Shown here: positions 54,510 through 63,335 of the stretch, piece by piece
How positions within the stretch are numbered: position 1 is the stretch's first letter
How the letters are laid out: each line of letters begins with the position of its first letter
Virus record (IMG/VR): IMGVR_UViG_3300044477_000030
Span: 12,659 to 76,658 of that record
DNA from: a virus
Taxonomy: Duplodnaviria > Caudoviricetes
DNA: 64,000 bases
Strand: one strand, 5' to 3'
Program-made: the position numbers and the translations under genes
The notes under the pieces: model-generated
Databases searched by the model: none
Told to the model about the DNA's origin: nothing
Seen by the model: the letters and a program-made list of their open reading frames with translations, nothing else

Positions 54510-55399
54510 TTATGCAATTTAGACCTTACCAGCATATCGAAAAGTTTGGAACAAGCGAAGTCCGGGACATCGAAAAGGGTCATTGTTGGATCTTCCCAAA
54601 AATCGACGGGACTAATTCTAGCGTCTGGCTTGGAGATGATGGATTTGTTCATTGCGGATCAAGAAATAAAGAAATCACAATCGAAGACGACAATCGCGGC
54701 TTTGCCAAATACATTTCCGAATGTGAAGATTTCCGCAATTTTTTGACAACATATCCAAATTTGCGGGTATATGGGAAATGGCTTGTTCCACATACAATAA
54801 AAGATTACCAAGAATATGCTTGGAGAAAATTTCATGTGTTTGATGTGTATGACGAGAGTACAGAAAAGTATCTTTCGTTTCTTGAATACATTCCTTTGTT
54901 CATGTACTATAAAGATATTTGGATATTGGCTCCAATCAACGATATTGAAAATCCATCCTTGGAAACTTTGCACAATCTGATGGAGAAAAACACCTATCTC
55001 ATGCAGGATGGTTCCATTGGCGAAGGAATTGTGATTAAGAATTATGATTTCGTGAACAAGTACGGAAGAACAACCTGGGCGAAGATGGTTCGCGCCGAGT
55101 TCAAGGAAAATCATACAGGAAAGACGCAGAACCCCTCGCAAAAGGAAAATCTCGGGCCCGAGGAAGCGATTGCCAACAAATACATCACCGAAACTCTCGT
55201 TCGCAAAGAAGCGGCAAAGTTGGCGGAAGATTGGGATCGAAAGAATATTCCTCGTCTCCTCTCCACTCTTTTCTATTGCCTTGTCAAAGAAGAAATGTGG
55301 GAAATAGTAAAGGATTTCAAGAGTCCAACGATTAATTTCAAGCTCCTTCAGTCCTATGTAAACATAAGGATCAAGAAAGTTGCACCGGAGTTGTTCTAA
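54506..55399 (+). CDS. RNA ligase (Rnl2-like nucleotidyltransferase)
   Basis: Motif I PKIDGTN, motif IV GEGIVIKN, motif V AKMV; motif III reads YGKW instead of YGEW. Confidence 0.8.
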   Translation: MIMQFRPYQHIEKFGTSEVRDIEKGHCWIFPKIDGTNSSVWLGDDGFVHCGSRNKEITIEDDNRGFAKYISECEDFRNFLTTYPNLRVYGKWLVPHTIKDYQEYAWRKFHVFDVYDESTEKYLSFLEYIPLFMYYKDIWILAPINDIENPSLETLHNLMEKNTYLMQDGSIGEGIVIKNYDFVNKYGRTTWAKMVRAEFKENHTGKTQNPSQKENLGPEEAIANKYITETLVRKEAAKLAEDWDRKNIPRLLSTLFYCLVKEEMWEIVKDFKSPTINFKLLQSYVNIRIKKVAPELF

Positions 55400-55602
55400 T
55401 GAGTTTCGTTGCTCCAGTTGCCTACATCTTGCGTGCTTGCGGTGAATTATCCAAAGGTGGGAGGGTCGTCCAATTAAGAGTGGGCTGGGACGAATTCTTC
55501 ACATTGATCGAAAAGCACCCCGAGCGTTTTGGGATCGAAAACAAACACACTTTGAGATACAGGGGGACTCCTGTATATCTGAAAATACTAGGGGATGATT
55601 GA
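55399..55602 (+). CDS. Small hypothetical protein
   Basis: TAATG-coupled. Confidence 0.5.
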   Translation: MSFVAPVAYILRACGELSKGGRVVQLRVGWDEFFTLIEKHPERFGIENKHTLRYRGTPVYLKILGDD

Positions 55603-55605
55603 TTT

Positions 55606-57636
55606 ATGGCATTCACCCGCCATGTGTGTTACGATCTTGAGACATTCAAAGACTACTTTGTTTGTTGCATAAAAGGCGCTCTCTACCGCATAGAGGACGC
55701 CTTCAGGTTGCGTAACGCAATGAGCCGGGACGACACCCTCTATGTGAGTTTCAACGGTGTCGGTTACGACAACATCATCCTTGGCTTTGTTTTCTGGGCG
55801 GACACCAACCGGTGCCTCACGACCCAGCGCATCAAAGAACTTTCCGACTGCATGATCGAAAAGAAGAATCCAGACGATTCGTTCGTCCAGGAATTCATGG
55901 AACTTTATGTTGATTCCTTCTCCGTCTGGCGCAAAGGAGAACAATTCCATTCGTACCGATTGAAGTCCAACGGTCTGTGGTATCCAAAGGCCCAATTCTG
56001 CGATCTATACCTGGTTGGAAACAAGAAAGGCGGGCTCAAGAAAGCTGCGGTGGTGATGGACTTCGAGGATCTGTCCGAATGTCCGATTGCGTTCAATCAG
56101 GAAACCACCACCAAGGAAGAAAGGAAGACCATCGACAAATACTGTATCCATGATGTCGATGTGACCGAAGGTGCATTCAAATGGCACGAGAAGGAAGACA
56201 ATATTGGGGTGCGCACTCTCTTCGCCATGGAAAACGACATCCAGGATGCCTATATCCTCGGGGCGGCTGCACTTTCTGAAAAATACTTCCGATACAAGAT
56301 GCTGGCCGAGAATCCAAAATGGCAGAATGAATTGGATGACCACAAGAACTGGAGACAAAAGCCACCGGGAACCATGCCCACATCGGAACTCATCCGTTGT
56401 GGCCGGTTGAACTTCCGAGATCCGAACTTCGTCAAGTTCCAAGACTTCATCCGAATGACGGAGTTCGATTTCGAAGGTGGTCTATCCGCATCGTCCTCGG
56501 ACGAGTTCGATGACGAAGGAGATACATCCAATACTGCATTCTTATTAAACAACAAGTCGATCCCCAAGAACGCACTTATCATCACAGACCGCAAGGGCCA
56601 CCAATACCAGTTCGGTGTTGGAGGGCTCCACGATCTGTCCATGGAAGGAATCTGGTGCGAAACCGATACTCACATCTTGCGCAATGTGGATGTGAAGTCA
56701 TATTATCCATCCATGATCGTGAGTTGGAAGATCCACCCACGGCATTTTCCTCGATACGCCGACTACATTTCCGAGTGCTTGGCCACTCGTCTCGAAGCCA
56801 AGAAGAACCCCGCGCTCAAAGGCAAGGCGAACGCTCTGAAACTGGCCATGAATTCTTCCTTTGGAAAGATGAAGGACAAGTTCTGCTCCCTCTACGATCC
56901 GTATGCCCACTTTTCCGTGACTATGACCGGCCAGATGGGGCTCCTGTACCTGATCGACCAGATCTATGTTGCCTGCCCGTCCGTGGAGGTTGTGAACGCG
57001 AATACCGACGGTGTATGCGTGCGCATGAAGAAAGGCGAGGAGCCGATGTTCCAAGCCGTTTGCACCGAATGGGAAAAGGTCATGCGGGTATCTCTCGAAT
57101 TTGAGAACTACACCAAGTGGGCTCAACGCTCCTGCAATCTGTATTGTGCTCTCAAGGACAACGGTGAAGTCAAGACCAAGGGTGTCCAGTTCAAGGCCAA
57201 GGCAACGGATCTCGGGGAAGGTTACAAGTCGCCCAGGGCGGTCAAGACCATGGTTGTTCGGCATCTCCTCTTCGGCGAGAAGTTGGCGGATGTCGCCCGT
57301 TCCCTTGAGCCTAAGATGTTCCTAATCTCCAATTCCTGTGGAGCCAAGACCAGAATGGTTTACAACGACGAGGTTCTGGAGCACCGTACAAGCATCCGTT
57401 ATGTTTTCGCCAAGAAAGGCTTCAAGCTCCAGCAACGCAACACCACTACCGGAAAACTGTCCGAAGTGAAGGATGGTTCCGATGTGCTGCTTGTGGAAAA
57501 GTTGGGAGAATTGACGATGGACAGCATACTCATCGAGCGTTATGTTGCCATGGCGAAGGATATTGTGAACCAGGTATTGCGGGCAAATGAGAAGAAAAAG
57601 GTGCAAAATGAAGGTTTCTTCTCGCTCTTTGATTGA
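55606..57636 (+). CDS. polB: Family B DNA polymerase with 3'-5' exonuclease
   Basis: Exo YDLET, FNGVGYD, YCIHDV; pol DVKSYYPS, KLAMNSSFGK, NTDG. Confidence 0.9.
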   Translation: MAFTRHVCYDLETFKDYFVCCIKGALYRIEDAFRLRNAMSRDDTLYVSFNGVGYDNIILGFVFWADTNRCLTTQRIKELSDCMIEKKNPDDSFVQEFMELYVDSFSVWRKGEQFHSYRLKSNGLWYPKAQFCDLYLVGNKKGGLKKAAVVMDFEDLSECPIAFNQETTTKEERKTIDKYCIHDVDVTEGAFKWHEKEDNIGVRTLFAMENDIQDAYILGAAALSEKYFRYKMLAENPKWQNELDDHKNWRQKPPGTMPTSELIRCGRLNFRDPNFVKFQDFIRMTEFDFEGGLSASSSDEFDDEGDTSNTAFLLNNKSIPKNALIITDRKGHQYQFGVGGLHDLSMEGIWCETDTHILRNVDVKSYYPSMIVSWKIHPRHFPRYADYISECLATRLEAKKNPALKGKANALKLAMNSSFGKMKDKFCSLYDPYAHFSVTMTGQMGLLYLIDQIYVACPSVEVVNANTDGVCVRMKKGEEPMFQAVCTEWEKVMRVSLEFENYTKWAQRSCNLYCALKDNGEVKTKGVQFKAKATDLGEGYKSPRAVKTMVVRHLLFGEKLADVARSLEPKMFLISNSCGAKTRMVYNDEVLEHRTSIRYVFAKKGFKLQQRNTTTGKLSEVKDGSDVLLVEKLGELTMDSILIERYVAMAKDIVNQVLRANEKKKVQNEGFFSLFD

Positions 57637-57675
57637 TTCCGACCGATTTGCATCGAAAATTTGTATAATACGGGT

Positions 57676-57942
57676 ATGGAACAGACAATCGAAAAAGACT
57701 TCACCGCCTGGGCGAATACATATTTTTTGATTTGCTCGGAGATCATGCGTTCCACTAAGATGTGGATTCACTACGAAGTTCTACCTGGGTGCATAATCAT
57801 TTCGGCGAAAGATTGCCCTGCGGATTCTTTTAAGGCGGAATTGCCATATGCAATCCATGATATTTTGTGGAAGGATACATCCCGCGAGTATGCAACCGCA
57901 GTAAAGAATCGACTTGAACTTTTCCTTGCAAGGAGTAAATGA
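57676..57942 (+). CDS. Hypothetical protein, probably leaderless
   Basis: AAAATTTG-TATAAT six nt before the ATG. Confidence 0.6.
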   Translation: MEQTIEKDFTAWANTYFLICSEIMRSTKMWIHYEVLPGCIIISAKDCPADSFKAELPYAIHDILWKDTSREYATAVKNRLELFLARSK

Positions 57943-58135
57943 GATGATCACCAGAGAGACCTTAGAAAAGTTGTCCGAAAATGCGTTTAACATAAAACAA
58001 TGTGAAGATAGACTGGAATTGTTAAGACGCCATTCCAATGAAATTCCTATGGTGGAATCCGATCTTTTCTGTTATCGGAAAATACAATCCGAATTGAATC
58101 AGCAAGCGGCCATTGAAGCAAGTTTCAAGGATTGA
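57941..58135 (+). CDS. Small hypothetical protein
   Basis: AAGGAG RBS; exact start uncertain. Confidence 0.5.
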   Translation, partial: EMITRETLEKLSENAFNIKQCEDRLELLRRHSNEIPMVESDLFCYRKIQSELNQQAAIEASFKD

Positions 58136-58146
58136 CGGAGTTGATC

Positions 58147-58308
58147 ATGAAAGCACGCATTTGGATGCTCGAAAAAATTGACAGTCTTCAGGTTTTACGT
58201 CTTTTCGCAAAACTGAAACTTTGTGAGCACTTCAATACCGATGCTTATTTGAAAATCTTGTACACCATGAACTCATCCTTCGGAAAGATGAAAAGAGGAA
58301 TGACTTAA
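58147..58308 (+). CDS. 53-aa mini-protein containing a copy of PolB motif B (MNSSFGKMK)
   Basis: GGAG RBS; TAATG overlap with the clamp loader; translation MKARIWMLEKIDSLQVLRLFAKLKLCEHFNTDAYLKILYTMNSSFGKMKRGMT. Confidence 0.7.
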   Translation: MKARIWMLEKIDSLQVLRLFAKLKLCEHFNTDAYLKILYTMNSSFGKMKRGMT

Positions 58309-59267
58309 TGAGCCTTTATCTTGATGTCTGCCCGAAAGATTTTGATTCGGTTGTTGGAAACGACACGACCGTGGAATCCATCAAAGAGCAATTCACGCAG
58401 GACGAATCGAAATGGCCGCACGCCATTCTCCTTTCCGGCCCGTCCGGTTGTGGCAAGGACACCATTGGCAACATCATCAAGTATTCCTATCTCAAGGCCA
58501 ACGAAGGTTGCATCATCAAGGCAAATTGGGGCGCAAACAGTGGCATCGACGATGTGCGCGAGATTCTCAACCAGATCGAATCCGTACCATTGTTCGGCAA
58601 ATATTGGGTCGTCCATGTGAACGAATGCCATGAGCTTTCCAAGAAGGCCAAGGGCGCTCTTCTCGATCCGACAGAGAACATCCCGGCGAATGTGTTTTTC
58701 ATCTTCACTACAACCGACCCAGGCAAATTCTTCCACGGGGACGAAGGTGAGGCGCTAAGAACCCGCTTCATGCAATTCACCGTAGCCCCCGTGGAAGGGA
58801 AAGAGATGTTGCGGTATATCCGTTCCATCGCACGCAGACATGGCGGTGGTCACATTGACGAGACCATCCTGGAACAGATTGTGACCTGTTCCGGTGGCTC
58901 CATGCGCAAGGCGCTGATGGATCTGGAGAAGATCATTCCGATGAAGGATAAGGGATTCATGGCTCGGGTGGTGTTCAATTCCATTCCCGACAACGATCCT
59001 ACCATCAAAGAACTCATCGACCTGTATTTGGCGGACAATCCAAAATGGGGAGATGTGTCCAAGGTTCTATACAAATTGCAGATGGGCGGTATTGAACCAG
59101 AGAAGATCCGCCATTCGATTCTGAATTACATGATCAAAATCATTTACGGTGGTGGATCTAAAGGAAAGACTGCTGCTTTGGTGTGCGAACAACTTCGCAA
59201 TAACACCTACGATATTGGATTCGCGGGTATCGCGTTGGCCACCTGGAAACTTCTCGGAGACGATTAA
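58308..59267 (+). CDS. Clamp loader AAA+ subunit (DnaX/RFC-like)
   Basis: LLSGPSGCGKDT, SGIDDVRE, NECHELS, ALLDPTE, LRTRF, GSMRKAL. Confidence 0.85.
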   Translation: MSLYLDVCPKDFDSVVGNDTTVESIKEQFTQDESKWPHAILLSGPSGCGKDTIGNIIKYSYLKANEGCIIKANWGANSGIDDVREILNQIESVPLFGKYWVVHVNECHELSKKAKGALLDPTENIPANVFFIFTTTDPGKFFHGDEGEALRTRFMQFTVAPVEGKEMLRYIRSIARRHGGGHIDETILEQIVTCSGGSMRKALMDLEKIIPMKDKGFMARVVFNSIPDNDPTIKELIDLYLADNPKWGDVSKVLYKLQMGGIEPEKIRHSILNYMIKIIYGGGSKGKTAALVCEQLRNNTYDIGFAGIALATWKLLGDD

Positions 59268-59277
59268 AGGAGACATC

Positions 59278-59979
59278 ATGGGAACAGATATACATTGTTA
59301 TGTGGAAGCCAGAAATCAAGAGACTGGCAAATGGGAACAGATCACAGGTTTTGTGAGCGACTACTACGATCCTGAAAGCGAGTATTTCAGCAAACCGGAG
59401 TTCAAATTCGCGGAATCACCTCTGGATTCACGCAATTACGATGAATTCGCGTTACTTGCCAACGTAAGAAATGGTCGAGGCTTTGCCGGTTGTGATACAG
59501 GTGACGCCATTCAACCCATTTCAATGCCAAAGGGATTACCTACGGATGTTTGCGACTCAATTAAAGCACAATCGGACGAATGGAGTTGTGATGGACATTC
59601 GCACTCGTGGCTAACTGCAAAAGAAATAAAAGACTATCCAGCGGACACAACAAAGAAAATTCATAGGGGCTGGGTTAATGCAACAGGCTACAAGCAATTC
59701 AAAGAAAACGGTTATCCTGATTCTTGGTGCGGTTTTGTAGATGGGCGTGGAGTTGTTAGAGTTCTCGAATGTGATTTCGAGAAGGTGAACAAAGCCATGG
59801 AACTTCTCGCGAACTTCGAAGGCAAGGATGTTACGAAGGTATATACCCAAGTGCAATGGGGAACAATCGCAAAAGAATCAGCTCCTTGGTTATTCAATGA
59901 GGCATTGAATCAACTTATGGAAAGAAGCGCGAATGGTACAGGTGATGATGTGCGCATCGTGTTCTGGTTTGATAACTGA
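59278..59979 (+). CDS. Conserved phage protein (MGTDIH...RNYDEFALLA...HSHSWLT...VFWFDN family)
   Basis: AGGAG RBS; motifs recalled from many phages. Confidence 0.75.
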   Translation: MGTDIHCYVEARNQETGKWEQITGFVSDYYDPESEYFSKPEFKFAESPLDSRNYDEFALLANVRNGRGFAGCDTGDAIQPISMPKGLPTDVCDSIKAQSDEWSCDGHSHSWLTAKEIKDYPADTTKKIHRGWVNATGYKQFKENGYPDSWCGFVDGRGVVRVLECDFEKVNKAMELLANFEGKDVTKVYTQVQWGTIAKESAPWLFNEALNQLMERSANGTGDDVRIVFWFDN

Positions 59980-59992
59980 TCAAGGATGACTG

Positions 59993-60424
59993 ATGCAATG
60001 TCCAAAGTGCCAGTGCAGAATCGCAAAGGGAAAACCATGCAAGTTTTGCCATCGGAACCGGGTGCAGGAATACAAGCACACTCTCCACGGAAAACTCCTG
60101 CACCGCTTCGCCATGGTGAAACTCCGTTGCAAACGCAAAGGCTGGACTGTCGGTTTCACGAAAGAATGGTTCGTCGAATGGTCGATGAAGAACGGATACC
60201 CGAAGTTGTGGGCTCAATGGGCAAATTCGGATTTCAAGACTTGGATGACTCCATCCGTGGATCGCATCGACGATTCGATTGGGTATGAGATTGGAAATAT
60301 CCAATGGACGACCTGGAAGGACAACTATCGTAAGGAATGTTTGAAGAAAGGCTTCGATCCTTTTGAAAAGAGCGAAGGGTTCGTGGCTCCTCCCGATGAA
60401 GAAATTCCTGATTACTGGAACTAA
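59993..60424 (+). CDS. HNH-like / EndoVII-like nuclease with N-terminal Zn finger
   Basis: CPKC...CKFC; PSVDRIDDSIGYEIGNIQW. Confidence 0.7.
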   Translation: MQCPKCQCRIAKGKPCKFCHRNRVQEYKHTLHGKLLHRFAMVKLRCKRKGWTVGFTKEWFVEWSMKNGYPKLWAQWANSDFKTWMTPSVDRIDDSIGYEIGNIQWTTWKDNYRKECLKKGFDPFEKSEGFVAPPDEEIPDYWN

Positions 60425-60443
60425 TTTTTTGTAGTATAGCAAT

Positions 60444-60917
60444 ATGGCAAGAGAATATAATTTTGACGATCTGAAATCCCTGCTCGTCATCAACGAGCTG
60501 GATCTTCTTGATGAGAACATCAAGCAGACAGCCGGGTATCATTATTGGTCGGCCAAATGCGCAGATGCAGACCGCGACTGGAAGAGAACTTGCCGTCAGC
60601 TCGACACCGCAGAGAAGAATGCCTATCTGAATTGCAAGAAGGAAGGCAAATGCACCGATGCCGAGGCCAAGGCAAAAGCTGGTATAGACCCGGAAGTGGT
60701 CAGGCTCCAGGACAAAGCGATTGACGACGAGCACTATTACAATATGTGCAAGGCTGCGGTCAAGGCCATGGATCATAGACTCGATTCTCTAGGGCGTATC
60801 TGCTCTCTGGATGGGCGCAACTATTTCAATCATCCGAGACATGAAGCTGCGGGCAAACAAGCCCATAAAGCCATGTCCGACAAACTCAACAACAGAAACC
60901 AAGAAGAGGTTGGATAA
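60444..60917 (+). CDS. UvsY-like recombination mediator (helical)
   Basis: Helical protein directly upstream of SSB and RecA. Confidence 0.55.
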   Translation: MAREYNFDDLKSLLVINELDLLDENIKQTAGYHYWSAKCADADRDWKRTCRQLDTAEKNAYLNCKKEGKCTDAEAKAKAGIDPEVVRLQDKAIDDEHYYNMCKAAVKAMDHRLDSLGRICSLDGRNYFNHPRHEAAGKQAHKAMSDKLNNRNQEEVG

Positions 60918-61909
60918 TGGGACTCATTTCGAAAAGCAAGCAACAAAACAATGCGGACAACCGCGAGAACTATGGATCTGCCAGCAAGGGTGGTGGTGGT
61001 GGCGCATTGCTTCCGATTCCGCTTCCTTGGTTCGAGCCCAAGGTCGGCAAGCTCAACCGCATCAACATCATTCCATGGAAGAACGCTTGTACGAAGCCAA
61101 CGACCATTGGCCCGAACACTCTTGAACCTGGTGACTACGAATATATCCTTGTGTACTTCGAACATGGTGGTGTTGGCCCCAACAATGTTCCATGCCTCTG
61201 CATGAAGGATACCTTTGGGAAGCCATGCAAGGTCTGCGACATCCGCTGGGAAGCCCGCGAAAATGGCGAAAAGAAGCTCGAAGAAAAGTGCAAGAATTCC
61301 AAGAAGGCTTTGTATGTCGTCCAGGATCTCAATTCCGACGACCCAAAGCAACTGCGTCTCTTCAAGGCATCTTTCGCTTATTTCACGAAGGAACTCGATT
61401 CTGAAGCCATCGCGGAAGGAACATCCAAGGGAACCAAGATGGTTCCATATGCAGACAACGACGACGGCTCCGTTGTGGTATTCCGTGCAGAAGAAGAAGA
61501 TTTCAATGGACACAAGTTCAATAAGTACAAGGGTTTCCGCTTCATGCCACGCGAAGACGACGAAGCTGTGACAATGGATGCCATTTCCAAGGCTCCGGCG
61601 CTCGATAGCTTCCTGGCCAAGATCACACCGGAACAACTCGAAGCTGTCTTGAATGGCGAAGATGTGGAAGATGTTTCTGCTCCAGCCAAGACATCTACCC
61701 ATGCTCCTGTGAAGGAAACACAGACTGCTCCAGAAACCAAGGCTGAGGCTCCCAAGGAAACTCCAAAGAAGACGGACAGCCAAAAGACCGAATGCCCACA
61801 TGGATTCGAATTCGGAAGAGATTGCGACACGGCACCGAAGAAGTGCATCAAGTGCGAACTCTACGACAAGTGCTTCTCCGAACAGACAAGGCTCAATGCC
61901 CAAGGCTAA
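60917..61909 (+). CDS. T4 gp32-like single-stranded DNA-binding protein
   Basis: WFEPK...INIIP...YFEH...CLCM...CKVCD; C-terminal Cys cluster. Confidence 0.75.
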   Translation: MGLISKSKQQNNADNRENYGSASKGGGGGALLPIPLPWFEPKVGKLNRINIIPWKNACTKPTTIGPNTLEPGDYEYILVYFEHGGVGPNNVPCLCMKDTFGKPCKVCDIRWEARENGEKKLEEKCKNSKKALYVVQDLNSDDPKQLRLFKASFAYFTKELDSEAIAEGTSKGTKMVPYADNDDGSVVVFRAEEEDFNGHKFNKYKGFRFMPREDDEAVTMDAISKAPALDSFLAKITPEQLEAVLNGEDVEDVSAPAKTSTHAPVKETQTAPETKAEAPKETPKKTDSQKTECPHGFEFGRDCDTAPKKCIKCELYDKCFSEQTRLNAQG

Positions 61910-61931
61910 TCCCTAACCTCCAACCAAGGGG

Positions 61932-61967
61932 GAGGGCGTAGATCCCCGTGGTCTATGCCCTCTTTTT
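61932..61967 (+). terminator. Rho-independent terminator after SSB
   Basis: GAGGGCGTAGA...TCTATGCCCTC followed by T5. Confidence 0.75.
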
Positions 61968-61971
61968 ATTT

Positions 61972-63279
61972 ATGGCAAAAAAAGGCAAAACAGTAGAAGA
62001 AGCCCTCATGCACGAGGAGCCCGAAAAGAGAGCCCGGTATCAATCCTTCGGTTGTACTCTGCTCGATCTCGAAGTAGGCGGTGGCGACGGAATGGGTTTT
62101 CCGTTCGGTTACATACTGAATGTGGTTGGTGATACATCCGGTGGCAAGTCGTTTATCAAGAACGAATTCCTGGCCTGCGCATACCATTCGTTCCGCAAGT
62201 CTGGAGATCCATTCAAATTGTTCTCCGACGATGGCGAATCTGGCGACACCTTCAATTCCACCAAGATGTATGGCGTGAATCTTCGGCCAGAAGAACGCAA
62301 GATTGGGAATAAGGAAGTGTCGGATAGCCGGACGGTCGAGGAATTCGACGCAAAGCTCTCCCTGTTCCTGAGTGATCTCGGCGATGGATATGGTGTTTAT
62401 GCGCTGGATTCCCTCGATGGCCTGTCGTCAGCGGATAAAGACGCTGCAAGTGAAGCCCGCATGGAGAATTTCATGAAGGACAAGGACATTGTGGACAAGG
62501 GAACCTATGACCTTGGCGACAAAAAGTTCTTGTCCCAGCAATTCTTCAAGACCCAGGCCAACGCGGTCAAGGATAAGAAAGCCATCCTCCTCATCGTCTC
62601 CCAGGTGCGTGAGAAACTGAATGCTCCTGCGTTCACAGAAAAGATGGCTCCCACCGGCGGAAAGGCATTGAGGTTTTATTCCCACACCCAGCTCGTTGTA
62701 GCCAAGGTTCGCAATATAACAAAGAAGGTTATCATTGACGGCGTTGAACATGAACGGGAAATCGGATTTGTGTGCCTTTGCAAAACCAGCAAGTCCAAGA
62801 CCCCTCGCCCATACCGTGAAGTTATGTTCCCGGTTTACTTCAATTATGGCATCGACGACATCGAAGCCAACATCGACTTCCTGTTCGATCTTCGCGGCGA
62901 CAACGGGCTTGTTCCGGCTTCATTGGCCAAGGCTCTCCCTTGGGAGAAGAAGAAAGACCAGAGCAAGGAGAACTGCCAGGCGTGGCTCAAGGAGAACGGT
63001 TACGAGAGCGAATACACCAACTATCGTGTAAAGGTGCTCGGCGAAGGCAAGACATTCGCGATGAAGGCTTTCATGCTGTGGCTCGGTACGAACGAAGAAG
63101 CTATCCAGAAGTTCGCGGAAGAGTTCGGAAAGGTGTACTCCAAGGAAGAACTGCATGATCTCTGCGTCAAGGATGCCGGTATGCGTGCCACCTTGCGCTC
63201 CCGTGTGATCCGCAAGTGGGAAGCCATCGAAGACGCAATCAAGTGCGATCTTCCAGGCAAGTATTCCGACACGGAATGA
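61972..63279 (+). CDS. recA: RecA/UvsX-like recombinase
   Basis: SFGCTLLD, VVGDTSGGKS, ALDSLD, LIVSQVRE, TGGKALRFY. Confidence 0.85.
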   Translation: MAKKGKTVEEALMHEEPEKRARYQSFGCTLLDLEVGGGDGMGFPFGYILNVVGDTSGGKSFIKNEFLACAYHSFRKSGDPFKLFSDDGESGDTFNSTKMYGVNLRPEERKIGNKEVSDSRTVEEFDAKLSLFLSDLGDGYGVYALDSLDGLSSADKDAASEARMENFMKDKDIVDKGTYDLGDKKFLSQQFFKTQANAVKDKKAILLIVSQVREKLNAPAFTEKMAPTGGKALRFYSHTQLVVAKVRNITKKVIIDGVEHEREIGFVCLCKTSKSKTPRPYREVMFPVYFNYGIDDIEANIDFLFDLRGDNGLVPASLAKALPWEKKKDQSKENCQAWLKENGYESEYTNYRVKVLGEGKTFAMKAFMLWLGTNEEAIQKFAEEFGKVYSKEELHDLCVKDAGMRATLRSRVIRKWEAIEDAIKCDLPGKYSDTE

Positions 63280-63281
63280 TC

Positions 63282-63308
63282 GAGAGGGGCGCAAGCCTCT
63301 CTTTTTTT
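63282..63308 (+). terminator. Rho-independent terminator; its T-tract overlaps the next promoter motif
   Basis: GAGAGG...CCTCTC followed by T7-GTATAAT. Confidence 0.75.
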
Positions 63309-63335
63309 GTATAATAGGAGAAAAGGAGAATCGTC

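Noticed and set aside
28667-57636. Inteins or introns in terminase, helicase or polymerase
   Set aside because: Proteins are of normal length with contiguous motifs; no intein C/S...HN-C/S/T blocks noticed.
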